The notes: generated from the letters alone by a model not told the origin. DNA of 64,000 bases from a bacterium (GCA_963669175.1 OY769902.1:2752001-2816000), one strand, 5' to 3'; shown: positions 19,993 through 29,131, counted from the stretch's first letter. A program made the numbers and translations.

Positions 19993-20934
19993 ATGCGATG
20001 CGAAAAAGCGATTATCCTCACAATTATTCTGGTGGGCATTCTACTGATCATGAGCCCCGCTCATGCCCAACTGGAATCTCCGTCTTCTCCGGCCGGTTTT
20101 ATTCGTTATTCCTTTGAGGAAGGTTGGAACGCGATTTCCCTGCCATTCCTGCAAGAAGATGAAGACCTGGAAGATGTCTTCACGGATGACTTGAGCCTGG
20201 AATGTTTCCTGACCGGAGGCGCTACAGAAGAAGAGTCGGATCGTGTGCTGGTATTCGATCCTGAATTCGGTCAATGGATTTCAGCATGGATTGATGAGGA
20301 TGGCGATTGGCAGGGATCCCTGACGTCACGTGATCCACGATATGACTGGGTGTATTGGGTACAGATCCGTGAGGGCCATCAGAGGAACGATGAACTGCTG
20401 GTGCGTGGACTCGGATGTAATGAACCTATGATAGATCGTGGCGTATATCAGCCGGGTATGCATTTCATCAGCCCGATCTGGGCGGGAGAGTTTGAATTAA
20501 GGTTTTCTGGTCTTGAAGAGGCCGGTTATTCTTTTGACAGCATTTTGCCCCAGGATCCAGACGAATATACAGGCGAAGTTTCCAACTATATCCTTGAATT
20601 TGACGGGAATGGTTGGCACAGGGTGGCTTACTCCACAAGTTTGTTGAGGATCGATAAATGGGATGGAAATCTTAATGCCTTTACGCCAGGGAAAGCTTAT
20701 ATACTTGTTATTCATGAGCCAATCGACTGGTATTATTACCGGCGTCCCGATTTAGCAGGACCTACTGCAACGAACGCTACCCAATCGAACTCTGAAAGGC
20801 CAGTCAGGAAAGCAGTCAGCGTAACTTCATACCGTGTGTCTGATTTGCCGCCCTTGCCCGAAGTCCAGCGTCACCAGACAAGGAATGAATCTTCTTCACC
20901 AGCACAATCAATACGGGAGAGGAAGGAACAATGA
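19993..20934 (+). CDS. secreted acidic, Trp-rich hypothetical protein
   Basis: Signal peptide ending PAHA-Q; EGWNAISLP motif; two internally similar halves; stop overlaps the next gene; start uncertain. Confidence 0.6.
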   Translation: MRCEKAIILTIILVGILLIMSPAHAQLESPSSPAGFIRYSFEEGWNAISLPFLQEDEDLEDVFTDDLSLECFLTGGATEEESDRVLVFDPEFGQWISAWIDEDGDWQGSLTSRDPRYDWVYWVQIREGHQRNDELLVRGLGCNEPMIDRGVYQPGMHFISPIWAGEFELRFSGLEEAGYSFDSILPQDPDEYTGEVSNYILEFDGNGWHRVAYSTSLLRIDKWDGNLNAFTPGKAYILVIHEPIDWYYYRRPDLAGPTATNATQSNSERPVRKAVSVTSYRVSDLPPLPEVQRHQTRNESSSPAQSIRERKEQ

Positions 20935-22223
20935 GACGCTTTGTAAGGCTACTCCTGGTACTGGTGCTGTTATCTTTCTGCACATCGGTTAATGCGCAGC
21001 CGGACATCATTCCCCATTTCATCGCTGCGTATGATACGATTGACTTGGGGTATCTTTACGCCCCGGACCTGACGAACAGAGAGTGGCTGGAGGAGGAAAG
21101 CTGCTGGCAGATAATTGTATCCACGGAAGATGACCAATTAAACCCGGTCAGCGTTGATTCAGCAACCCTTGGACAGCCGACAGGGGACGATAAGGTTATC
21201 TATCAAAGTGTAGTAGGGTATACAGGTTCGAATGGATGCTCACTTATCGGAGCGGTGATATTAGATACTGACTACATTGGCAGACCTGTGTTTATTCGTG
21301 TTTTCAAGCAACTACACCCCACTTTTAATGGAGTTTTCACAGAAAGCTACAAACCGGGGTATCTGGAGAATCCTGAAGAATCCCACTTCAGTTTTGTACC
21401 GATTCTATCCAGAGGTCATGGTGGCTTCATGGATATGTGGCTTGATTCGACCGGGATTGCCCCGCGCGTCTATGTTGATTCGCTTGACCTTTCGCAAACT
21501 GAATATTCCCGAATATTTGGTGACACGGGTACCATTACGCTGTCAGCTTCTAATCCCTTATCCATACGTACAGTCTTGGTGCGAGTATTTGATGGAGCCC
21601 CCTCGGACTGGAATATGTCCGAACCACCCCTTGAACGAACAGTCGCAGTTTCGATGGAAAAGATAGAGTATGAAACGGGCAATGGTGAGTTTGCCCTGAA
21701 TTTAAAGTTCACTGAGGAAGAATTGGCTGCTCGCTATGGTGGTGAATATGAACCTGAAGATATGATTTTATACGAGTTCAATCCTCGAACAAGTCATGGG
21801 ATAACCTACAATTGGCATGAGTTGACTTCTTCCGTGAGTCAGGGGGAAGGAAGCACATGGATTGTTACAAGAACAAGATCCTCTTTGCCTATTGGAGGCC
21901 GGTTTACCATCGCTCCACGCAATCTGGTTGGCGTGGAAGAAGAGCCGGTCGCTACAATCACATCCTATCAACTGCATTCCGCGTACCCGAACCCGTTCAA
22001 TCCTACCACACGCTTGACACTGGACTTACCTCAACGTCAAACTGCCGTGCTCGAGGTGTACAACATGCTGGGCCGACGAGTCGCAACAGTTTACCAGGGT
22101 GACTTGCCAATGGGGCGTCATGAGTTTACGTTTGACGCTACAAGATTGGCCAGCGGAGTTTACTTTGCGGTTGCCCAGGCAGGGTCGTATCATGCCGTGA
22201 AGAAACTCGTGGTCCTCAAGTAA
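20931..22223 (+). CDS. secreted protein with T9SS/Por-type C-terminal sorting domain
   Basis: Signal peptide; C-terminus AYPNPFNPTT...VYNMLGRRVATV...LASGVYF...KKLVVLK. Confidence 0.85.
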   Translation: MRRFVRLLLVLVLLSFCTSVNAQPDIIPHFIAAYDTIDLGYLYAPDLTNREWLEEESCWQIIVSTEDDQLNPVSVDSATLGQPTGDDKVIYQSVVGYTGSNGCSLIGAVILDTDYIGRPVFIRVFKQLHPTFNGVFTESYKPGYLENPEESHFSFVPILSRGHGGFMDMWLDSTGIAPRVYVDSLDLSQTEYSRIFGDTGTITLSASNPLSIRTVLVRVFDGAPSDWNMSEPPLERTVAVSMEKIEYETGNGEFALNLKFTEEELAARYGGEYEPEDMILYEFNPRTSHGITYNWHELTSSVSQGEGSTWIVTRTRSSLPIGGRFTIAPRNLVGVEEEPVATITSYQLHSAYPNPFNPTTRLTLDLPQRQTAVLEVYNMLGRRVATVYQGDLPMGRHEFTFDATRLASGVYFAVAQAGSYHAVKKLVVLK

Positions 22224-22249
22224 TTCGATTTTTTCCTGGAGCGTAACCT

Positions 22250-23197
22250 ATGCGCAACTGGTTCATGGTGATCAGTCTTGCCCTGTTGATGTTGCTTCCT
22301 GTATTTGGCTGCAACCGTGGACTGGCAGAGGAACCGATTGAGATCGTCTATTCGGGGAATCTGATCGGATCTATCGGACCATGTAATTGCCCCAACAACA
22401 AGGCTGGCGGGCTCCCTCGCCGGGCATATACACAAGCGCGATTAAACAGTTCCATTACCCATCGCCTGGTCATCGATGCCGGGAACTTCACCGCGATTCA
22501 CCCGGATTACGGGCCTGCGAAAACCGAGCTGTTGCTGGCGGGGATGGTGCAGCTCGGGATTGATGCGATCAACATCGGCTACCGTGATCTCCGCAGTGGG
22601 CATGAATTCCTCGAGGAAATCCAGCAGGAATACCTGGTTCCCTTTGTTTCGGCAAATGTCTACGATATGAAAACCAAAACAAGACCTTTCGCGGGACATC
22701 GCATGATCCGCCTGGGCGCCAGCGTGTTCGATCCCGGTTTTCTTGTAGCGGTTATAGGCATAACAGATCAGAAACGACGCACTTTCCCAGGCCAGAATTA
22801 TCGTATCGAAGACCCAGCCGAATCGCTTCAGGCCGAACTTGACGAAATTGCTGGACAGGCGCAGCTTGTCATCCTGATGACAGATGCCGAGCGTGCGGAT
22901 ATCATCAACTGGACTCGCAACCTTGAAGGACGGCTGGACCTGATCGTATCCAGTAACAACCGTCTCGGTCATGGTCGCATGTTGAATGAGAACGGGTATC
23001 CGCTGGTCAGTACCGGAAGGCAGGGGAAATACTTCGATCGTCTGGTTGCTGCGCACGTGGGCTCGCATCAGTGGCAGTTTGAACGTCATTCCATTATGCT
23101 CGATTCCGAGGTGCCTTCCGATCCGGATCTGGTGAAGTATATCCGAAAACTCCAGAAAGAACTGAACCTGACGACCAGCCAGGTGGGGGATATTTAA
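22250..23197 (+). CDS. UshA-like metallophosphoesterase-fold lipoprotein with CxC motif (Cys form of the UshA-like selenoprotein families)
   Basis: Lipobox VFGC; GSIGPCNCP..KAGGLPRR, VIDAGNF, DAINIG, PFVSANV, GKYF. Confidence 0.7.
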   Translation: MRNWFMVISLALLMLLPVFGCNRGLAEEPIEIVYSGNLIGSIGPCNCPNNKAGGLPRRAYTQARLNSSITHRLVIDAGNFTAIHPDYGPAKTELLLAGMVQLGIDAINIGYRDLRSGHEFLEEIQQEYLVPFVSANVYDMKTKTRPFAGHRMIRLGASVFDPGFLVAVIGITDQKRRTFPGQNYRIEDPAESLQAELDEIAGQAQLVILMTDAERADIINWTRNLEGRLDLIVSSNNRLGHGRMLNENGYPLVSTGRQGKYFDRLVAAHVGSHQWQFERHSIMLDSEVPSDPDLVKYIRKLQKELNLTTSQVGDI

Positions 23198-23628
23198 TGG
23201 CAGCAGAAACAACCCTGAAGAAGTTGATTGATGCCGCTACTGAAGTACGCCTGCATGCACGCGCTGACTATTCCGGCTTTAAGGTTGGCGCAGCGCTGGA
23301 GGACAGCGAGGGACGCATCTGGACCGGGTGCAATGTGGAGTCCTCCAGTTACAGTATGACCATTTGCGCGGAACGGGTTGCTCTGGTAAAGGCAATCTCT
23401 GAAGGCGCTTCCGGGTTTACTCGTCTGGTTATCACCGCATCAGGAAAGTTGGGAGATGAACCCGTTACCCCTTGCGGAGCATGCCGGCAGTTATTATATG
23501 ACTATGCGAGAAATGTGGAGGTCTGGCTGATCAACCCGGAAACCGGGCAGCAGCGTTCATACCCGTTGAAAGACCTGTATCCATATCCGTTTGGTGGGGA
23601 GATGCTCAAGGAAGGGGAGAGTGCATGA
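23197..23628 (+). CDS. cdd: cytidine deaminase (homotetrameric type)
   Basis: YSGFKVGAAL, GCNVE, TICAERVAL, PCGACRQ. Confidence 0.95.
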   Translation: MAAETTLKKLIDAATEVRLHARADYSGFKVGAALEDSEGRIWTGCNVESSSYSMTICAERVALVKAISEGASGFTRLVITASGKLGDEPVTPCGACRQLLYDYARNVEVWLINPETGQQRSYPLKDLYPYPFGGEMLKEGESA

Positions 23629-24239
23629 AACCGAAGGCTTTTGTTGGCATTGCCGGAGGAACGTGCAGCGGGAAAACACTGGTAAGTAAACGGATTGCCG
23701 AGAATGTTGGATGCAAGCATGTCCTGATATGTAACCAGGACAGTTATTACGTGGACCTGAGAGATGTTCCTGCCGCAAAACGGGCGTCATGGAATTTTGA
23801 TCGCCCCACTGCGTTTGATTACAAGCTCCTGTTGAAGAATATGCGTGACCTGATGGACGGCAAATCCGTTGAGGAACCCGTCTATTCTTTTGTCGAACAT
23901 ATTCGTACCGGAGAATTTCACACGCTTGAACCCGCCCCGGTTGTGATTCTTGAGGGCATTCTGGCCTATGATGATCCCAAGCTCCGGGAGATGATGCAAT
24001 TCAAGATCTTCGTCGATGAAGATGCCGATATTCGTCTGGCCCGCAGATTAAAGCGGGATGTGGCGGAACGAGGACGCAGCAGCGAAAGTGTGATCGATCA
24101 ATATGTGAACACGGTTCGGCCTGCGCATCTTGCCTTCATTGCGCCGCTTAAACGGTTTGCGGATATCATCATCCCACGGGGTGGCGAGAATGTCGCGGCG
24201 ATAGAAATCCTGTCCAACCACATAAAAGCCCTGCTGTAG
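23625..24239 (+). CDS. udk: uridine kinase
   Basis: GIAGGTCSGKT, QDSYY, NFDRP, ILEGIL, RRLKRDVAERGR. Confidence 0.95.
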   Translation: MKPKAFVGIAGGTCSGKTLVSKRIAENVGCKHVLICNQDSYYVDLRDVPAAKRASWNFDRPTAFDYKLLLKNMRDLMDGKSVEEPVYSFVEHIRTGEFHTLEPAPVVILEGILAYDDPKLREMMQFKIFVDEDADIRLARRLKRDVAERGRSSESVIDQYVNTVRPAHLAFIAPLKRFADIIIPRGGENVAAIEILSNHIKALL

Positions 24240-24250
24240 GAGTCCGATTC

Positions 24251-24874
24251 ATGTTGCACGTTGTCCGCGGTGAAAGCGGATGGGTGGAAGTTGTCTGCGG
24301 TTGCATGTTTGCCGGAAAAACGGAAGAATTGATCCGACGCCTGGTGCGTGCGAAAATCGCACGGCTGGATACGGTTGTTTTCAAACCCCTGATCGATGAT
24401 CGCTATGACAAGGAAGATGTTGTTTCCCATAGCGAAATGCGAATCCCGTCGATCCCGGCACGGAATTCGCGTGAGATCGAAGAACTGGCCGGAAATGCGC
24501 AGGTGCTGGGCATAGATGAAGCTCAGTTCTTCGATGAGGGCCTGGTGCAGGTGGTGCGACGGCTGGCGAACAAGGGCAAACGTGTAATCGTCGCCGGATT
24601 GGACACAGACTATCGTGGTATTCCCTTTGATCCCATGCCGCAGATCATGTGCGAAGCGGAATATGTGACCAAGGTGATGGCAGTCTGCCACCGCTGCGGA
24701 GCGCCGGCGCATCGGACGCAACGCTTAGGCGGCGGCAAGGAGAGAATCGTTGTCGGCGGTGGAGCGATTTACGAGGCAAGGTGCCGGAATTGCTGGGAAC
24801 CGCCCTTGGAAGATGGTGAACCTACCGGACAGGCAAGACTGTTTAACGGAAATTCAAGCGACGAACAGGGATAA
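24251..24874 (+). CDS. tdk: thymidine kinase (TK1 type)
   Basis: GCMFAGKTEELIRR, IDEAQFF, VAGLDTDY, Zn-binding CHRC...ARCRNC. Confidence 0.95.
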   Translation: MLHVVRGESGWVEVVCGCMFAGKTEELIRRLVRAKIARLDTVVFKPLIDDRYDKEDVVSHSEMRIPSIPARNSREIEELAGNAQVLGIDEAQFFDEGLVQVVRRLANKGKRVIVAGLDTDYRGIPFDPMPQIMCEAEYVTKVMAVCHRCGAPAHRTQRLGGGKERIVVGGGAIYEARCRNCWEPPLEDGEPTGQARLFNGNSSDEQG

Positions 24875-24883
24875 GGGAGTTCT

Positions 24884-26437
24884 ATGCAACGTCAACGACC
24901 ATTAACCTGGATAATCGTTACCGGACTTCTGCTTTTGTTCTCCGGTCTTGGCTTCGCGCAGGAAGAACCCGCTGCCGAGCAGGGATTGTCGCTTGAAGCC
25001 ATTGACAGCATTGCGACTGCCGCTGAAACAGGCGACGAGATCGAAGCGGGGGAAGCGGCTATTGCGGAAGTTGCAGAAGAGACCGAACACCTGATTCAGA
25101 CTCATGATCTGGATACAAGCACTTCCTTTCTGCAACGTCTGACCGGGATTATCGGCGTCTTTGTCCTGATGGGGCTCGCCTTCCTGATGTCCCGCAACAA
25201 AAAGTCAATCAACTGGCGAACGATCCTGGTCGGTGTGGGGCTTCAATTCATTTTCGCGTTACTCGTACTGAAAACCCCGCCGGGACGCTGGATATTTGAG
25301 CAATCCCGTGAAGTCATAGTCCGGTTGCTGTCCTATGCGGATTATGGCGCTAAATTCATGTTCGGTGATTTTTATCTCAGTCATCCCGGTGTCGCCGCTT
25401 CGGTCGCGGATGACATCGCGCCGGGTGGTCTGATTCATGGTTTCCAGGTCTGGGATCCGGCCGGGCAATCCTTTGTCAGCCTCGGAACGATCTTCGCATT
25501 TCATGTATTGCCTACGATCATTTTCTTCGCCTCTCTGTTGGGAGTGTTGTATTACCTGGGAATCATGCAGCGTATTGTGCAGGTCTTTGCCTGGGTGATG
25601 AAACGGGCCATGGGGATCAGCGGTGCGGAATCCCTGTCGGCAGCGAGTAACATCTTTGTCGGGCAGACCGAAGCGCCGTTTGTGGTGAAGCCTTACCTGG
25701 GCAAGATGACCCTGAGCGAGATCATGGCGGTGATGACCGGCGGGTTCGCTACGGTCGCCGGGGGGGTGATGGCGGCGTATACACGCTTCGGCATGGACCC
25801 CGCTCACCTCATGGCGGCATCGGTTATGAGCGCGCCCGCAGCGATGGTCATGGCGAAAATGATTATCCCGGAAACGGAAACACCGGTCACTCGTGACGGC
25901 GCGAAAATTCATACCGAGAAAACGGCCTCGAATGTCATCGACGCTGCCGCATCAGGCGCTACGGACGGGCTCAAGCTGGCGGTGAATGTGGCGGCCATGC
26001 TGATTGCATTTATCGCTATCATCGCCCTGTTAAACGGTATCCTCGGCTGGGTGGGCGGCCTGTTCGGTTTCCCGCAGTTGTCGCTGAAGATGATCCTCGG
26101 CGTCGTCTTTTCACCAATCGCCTTGTCCATCGGCGTATCACCGAAGGATATGCTTGAAGTCGGTTACCTGTTGGGGACCAAAATCAGTTTAAACGAGTTT
26201 GTCGCGTTTATTGACCTGGCCGCACTGAAAGGCCAGATCAGCGACCGTAGCTTTGTCATCGCAACCTACGCCTTGTGCGGCTTCGCCAACCTGTCGTCCA
26301 TCGCAATCCAGATCGGAGGTATCGCCGCCCTGGTGCCGGAACGACGGAAAGACCTGGCCAAACTGGGCATGCGCGCCATGATCGCCGGCGCCCTGGCAAG
26401 CTGGCAAACCGCCGCTATCGCAGGGATTCTGCTCTGA
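24884..26437 (+). CDS. nupC: CNT family concentrative nucleoside transporter with N-terminal extension
   Basis: FAFHVLPTIIFF, GAESLSAASNIFVGQTEAP, GGFATVAG, NEFVAF, YALCGFANLSSIAIQIGG. Confidence 0.93.
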   Translation: MQRQRPLTWIIVTGLLLLFSGLGFAQEEPAAEQGLSLEAIDSIATAAETGDEIEAGEAAIAEVAEETEHLIQTHDLDTSTSFLQRLTGIIGVFVLMGLAFLMSRNKKSINWRTILVGVGLQFIFALLVLKTPPGRWIFEQSREVIVRLLSYADYGAKFMFGDFYLSHPGVAASVADDIAPGGLIHGFQVWDPAGQSFVSLGTIFAFHVLPTIIFFASLLGVLYYLGIMQRIVQVFAWVMKRAMGISGAESLSAASNIFVGQTEAPFVVKPYLGKMTLSEIMAVMTGGFATVAGGVMAAYTRFGMDPAHLMAASVMSAPAAMVMAKMIIPETETPVTRDGAKIHTEKTASNVIDAAASGATDGLKLAVNVAAMLIAFIAIIALLNGILGWVGGLFGFPQLSLKMILGVVFSPIALSIGVSPKDMLEVGYLLGTKISLNEFVAFIDLAALKGQISDRSFVIATYALCGFANLSSIAIQIGGIAALVPERRKDLAKLGMRAMIAGALASWQTAAIAGILL

Positions 26438-26590
26438 TTCACAAGATTCACAGGTATGATTCACAAGATGGACAGGATGAATTGATCAAGATGGACAGGA
26501 TGGGACGGATTGCTTGACTGGATGGGGGGATTTCTTAACAGGATAGGAATTTCCTGACAGGATGATAGGATAGAAGGATATCAAGGATAT
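26438..26590. repeat. purine-rich degenerate ~9-mer repeats (ACAGGAT/ACAAGAT core)
   Basis: ttcacaagat, caagatggacaggatg x2, aacaggatag, gacaggatgataggatagaaggat. Confidence 0.75.
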
Positions 26591-26602
26591 TCTTTCAGAT
26601 AG

Positions 26603-26640
26603 AACCGGAACTGACCGAAAGAGGTGGTTCCGGTTTATTA
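26603..26640 (+). terminator. probable terminator of the nucleoside salvage operon
   Basis: aaccggaac...gttccggtt stem followed by tatta. Confidence 0.55.
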
Positions 26641-26649
26641 TGGATGTAG

Positions 26650-26772
26650 AAAATGGGGACTGGCTCGCTTTTCCGTTGTGAAGGTTTAAGGCAAGCATTG
26701 AGGTCTACCTTCAAAACCAATAGCACTTGTTCTGACGAAAGCCCACGGGAAAAGGTGCCTGTCCCGCATTTT
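26650..26772. repeat. REP-like doublet, family 2 (GGGGAC/GTCCCC core)
   Basis: aaaatggggactggctcgcttttcc (26650-26674) is an imperfect inverted repeat of ggaaaaggtgcctgtcccgcatttt (26748-26772). Confidence 0.6.
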
Positions 26773-26901
26773 CGGGTGAGAATGTCATGTGTACCGGCCT
26801 CACCACACAGAAAAGGGTACAGCTTCCTTTTCCACTACCATCTTTACCAGTGTCATGCGTTAGCACGAGGAAAAGGATTCCGTCCCCTTTTCTTGATCCC
26901 C
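26755..26901 (+). repeat. 147-bp direct repeat, copy 1 (contains a family-2 REP-like doublet)
   Basis: Aligns without gaps to 28840-28986 with about 11 mismatches counted by eye; internal IR gaaaagggtacagcttccttttcc / ggaaaaggattccgtccccttttc. Confidence 0.9.
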
Positions 26902-26940
26902 CAGAGGTGTCATCCCCGTGTCACAGACTTTCGCAGAATG

Positions 26941-27099
26941 GAAAACACTCTCATCCCAGCGAAGCAAACTGTCTCAGAATCACTGATGCTCTCATCCCAG
27001 CGAAGCAAACTGTCTCAGATTAGAAAACACTCTCATCCCAGCGAAGCAGACTGTCTCAGAATCACTGATGCTCTCATCCCAGCGAAGGCTGGGATCCAG
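26941..27099 (+). repeat. tandem array of four ctctcatcccagcgaag units (REP half-arms); only the last is a complete REP
   Basis: ctctcatcccagcgaagca(a/g)actgtctcaga x3, then ctctcatcccagcgaaggctgggatccag; higher-order period about 82 bp. Confidence 0.88.
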
Positions 27100-27151
27100 G
27101 CAAGTGTCGACATAATAATAAGTTGGACTTTATTACGACTCTCAATGAACA

Positions 27152-28614
27152 CTCGGTTTTGTTGAATTACTCAGGTCTTGCAAAAAGTAAAAGGCATGGT
27201 TCATTTTACAACCAAGAAGATGTCCAAGTCTTTCAGGGTTGTAAAGGAGATAACCATGCCTGCCATAACATCGTCATTTTTTGAGTTACTTGCAAGTTTT
27301 CGTCCGGTGTTTCGGAAACCTGTTTATGAGAATTTTGTACTGTTGGCTATCGGCGCTGTATTGAATTTCGGTCGTCAGACAGTCTGTCAGTTATTACGTG
27401 TATTTCCCGGACCGGTTGAAAAGAGTTGGTCTTGTTATCACCATTTTCTTTCGTCTGCCAACTGGTCCGCCCTGAAACTGGCAAAGATTCTCTGCTCTTT
27501 GATACTTGATCAGATTGCCGAACGTGATCCGATCCTTCTGATCGTGGATGATACCCTGATCCGTCGTTGGGGAAAGCATGTTTACCAGATATCCGTTCAC
27601 CGCGATCCCGTCCGTTCGGGCAAAGCAGGGACAAAAGTCGTTTATGCTCGCGGTCTTCAATGGATGGTGATTTCGATTGGTTTGCGCACCCGTTATCGTT
27701 CGCAGATCTGGGCGCTTCCTGTATTCGTGTTTCCGGAGATCGCCAAAAAGCGTGTTCCGGAATCGAAGTACCGCAGTCCTGTACACCTGATCATTCTCGG
27801 GGCGCGTCTGCTGCTTCGATGGTTCCCGGACCGCCGTTTCCTTATCCTTGCCGACGGTACGTTGAACTCCCACGAACTTCACCGTTTCGTGGCGAAAGAG
27901 AACCGTCTTGCTATCATCGGGCATTCGCGTATGGATACGGTGCTGCATGATCCGCCGCCTCCACCGAACGGGAAACGTGGACGTCCGCGCAAAGTCGGTG
28001 ACCGTTTGCCCGCACCGGGACAAGAGGCGAAAAAGCCGGATGCTGCCTGGGAAAAAGCGTCTTGCCTCTGGTATGGGAACAAGACAAAAGACCTGTTGCT
28101 GCTTTCCGGTGTTGGCTGCTGGTACCGTTCCGGGGAAGATGTTGTCCTGATACGCTGGGTGGTGGCGCGTGATCCCGACGGCAAAAACAAGGACATTGTC
28201 TTATCTACATCCAAAACAGACTTAACCCCGGCCCAGGTTGTCAGCTCATATGTACGACGATGGGCGTTGGAAACCACGTTTGAAGAGTCACGGAAACATC
28301 TGCGTATCGAAACGACAGAAAACTGGTCAAAAAAATCGATTCAAAGAACAGTGCCCCTGCTGTTTGGCTTGTTCAGTCTGATGGTTGTTTGGTATAGTCA
28401 GCAGCCAGAGCAGAAAGCTGTTGCGCAAACAGAGTGGTACACAAAACTGGAACCCAGTTTCTCAGACGTGCATCAGGCATTGCGTGCTGAATTGTGGATG
28501 CAGGCGATTTTTCCCGAATGCAAGCAGCCACGCGGATTCTTAAAAAAGAAAAGCAATATCCTTAAATTCCTTATTCACAAAGCCGCTTGATCCGCTAAAA
28601 TGAGCAAAACCGAG
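27152..28614 (+). mobile_element. complete 1463-bp insertion sequence (DDE, IS701/IS4-like)
   Basis: TIRs ctcggttttg / caaaaccgag (10 bp perfect, 14/17 extended); 8-bp direct repeat aatgaaca at 27144-27151 and 28615-28622; single transposase ORF. Confidence 0.92.
27256..28590 (+). CDS. DDE transposase (IS701-like, DDE_5 type)
   Basis: LIVDDT (D1), ILADG (D2), YVRRWALETTFEESRKHL (YxxRWxxE), GKRGRPRKVG; RBS aaggag before ATG 27256. Confidence 0.88.
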   Translation: MPAITSSFFELLASFRPVFRKPVYENFVLLAIGAVLNFGRQTVCQLLRVFPGPVEKSWSCYHHFLSSANWSALKLAKILCSLILDQIAERDPILLIVDDTLIRRWGKHVYQISVHRDPVRSGKAGTKVVYARGLQWMVISIGLRTRYRSQIWALPVFVFPEIAKKRVPESKYRSPVHLIILGARLLLRWFPDRRFLILADGTLNSHELHRFVAKENRLAIIGHSRMDTVLHDPPPPPNGKRGRPRKVGDRLPAPGQEAKKPDAAWEKASCLWYGNKTKDLLLLSGVGCWYRSGEDVVLIRWVVARDPDGKNKDIVLSTSKTDLTPAQVVSSYVRRWALETTFEESRKHLRIETTENWSKKSIQRTVPLLFGLFSLMVVWYSQQPEQKAVAQTEWYTKLEPSFSDVHQALRAELWMQAIFPECKQPRGFLKKKSNILKFLIHKAA

Positions 28615-28718
28615 AATGAACAGCGTTTCTTGAGAATACTTAACCTCTTGTAATATCGCAATATGACTGGATCCCAGCCTTCGCTGGGATGAGAGTATGC
28701 CTATTTTACGACAGTCTG

Positions 28719-28780
28719 GAAGGCTGGGATCCAGGCAGGTAGCAACAAAATAACCAGTTGGATACTCATTGCGACTCTTC
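28719..28780 (+). repeat. truncated third copy of the family-1 REP doublet left end
   Basis: gaaggctgggatccaggcag...agttgga...cgactct parallels 27084-27142. Confidence 0.65.
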
Positions 28781-28839
28781 ATTTACCGTGCCTCTTGAAA
28801 GCACTCAAATGGTTATATTATCATAATATAACAGGTTTT

Positions 28840-28986
28840 GTGCCTGTCCCTCATTTTCGGGTGAGAATGCCATGTGTAACGGCCTCACCACACAGAAAAG
28901 GGTACAGCTTCCTTTTCCAATACCATCTTTTACAGTGTGAAACGTGAGCGCGAGGAAAAGGATTCCGTCCCCTTTTCTTGATCCCT
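28840..28986 (+). repeat. 147-bp direct repeat, copy 2
   Basis: Matches 26755-26901 at about 90% identity by eye. Confidence 0.9.
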
Positions 28987-29131
28987 TTTTCGCAGAAGAT
29001 GAGTCGCATTCACAAACACCGAATCACATGAAATTCGTGCTTTTACTACCACATGCTTATTGATCTGAGCCGTTACGATTTTATACCTTACCCAATCAGC
29101 TATCCTCCAACCCCAAATCGTGAGGAATCTT

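Larger units (their letters stand above)
27071..28695. repeat. REP doublet (family 1, GAAG-loop palindromes) interrupted by an IS
   Basis: Perfect 29-bp inverted repeat at 27071-27099 / 28667-28695; removing the IS and one TSD copy gives 154 bp collinear with 33064-33219. Confidence 0.88.

Noticed and set aside
22382-22390. Selenocysteine in the CxC motif
   Set aside because: The codons are TGT-AAT-TGC, with no in-frame TGA.
26941-27099. Possible CRISPR array
   Set aside because: The intervening sequences are short and themselves repeated, no cas genes are present, and the units are REP half-arms.
26653-27165. 170-aa ORF with repeated LIPAK
   Set aside because: It is a translation of REP-like repeats, not a credible gene.
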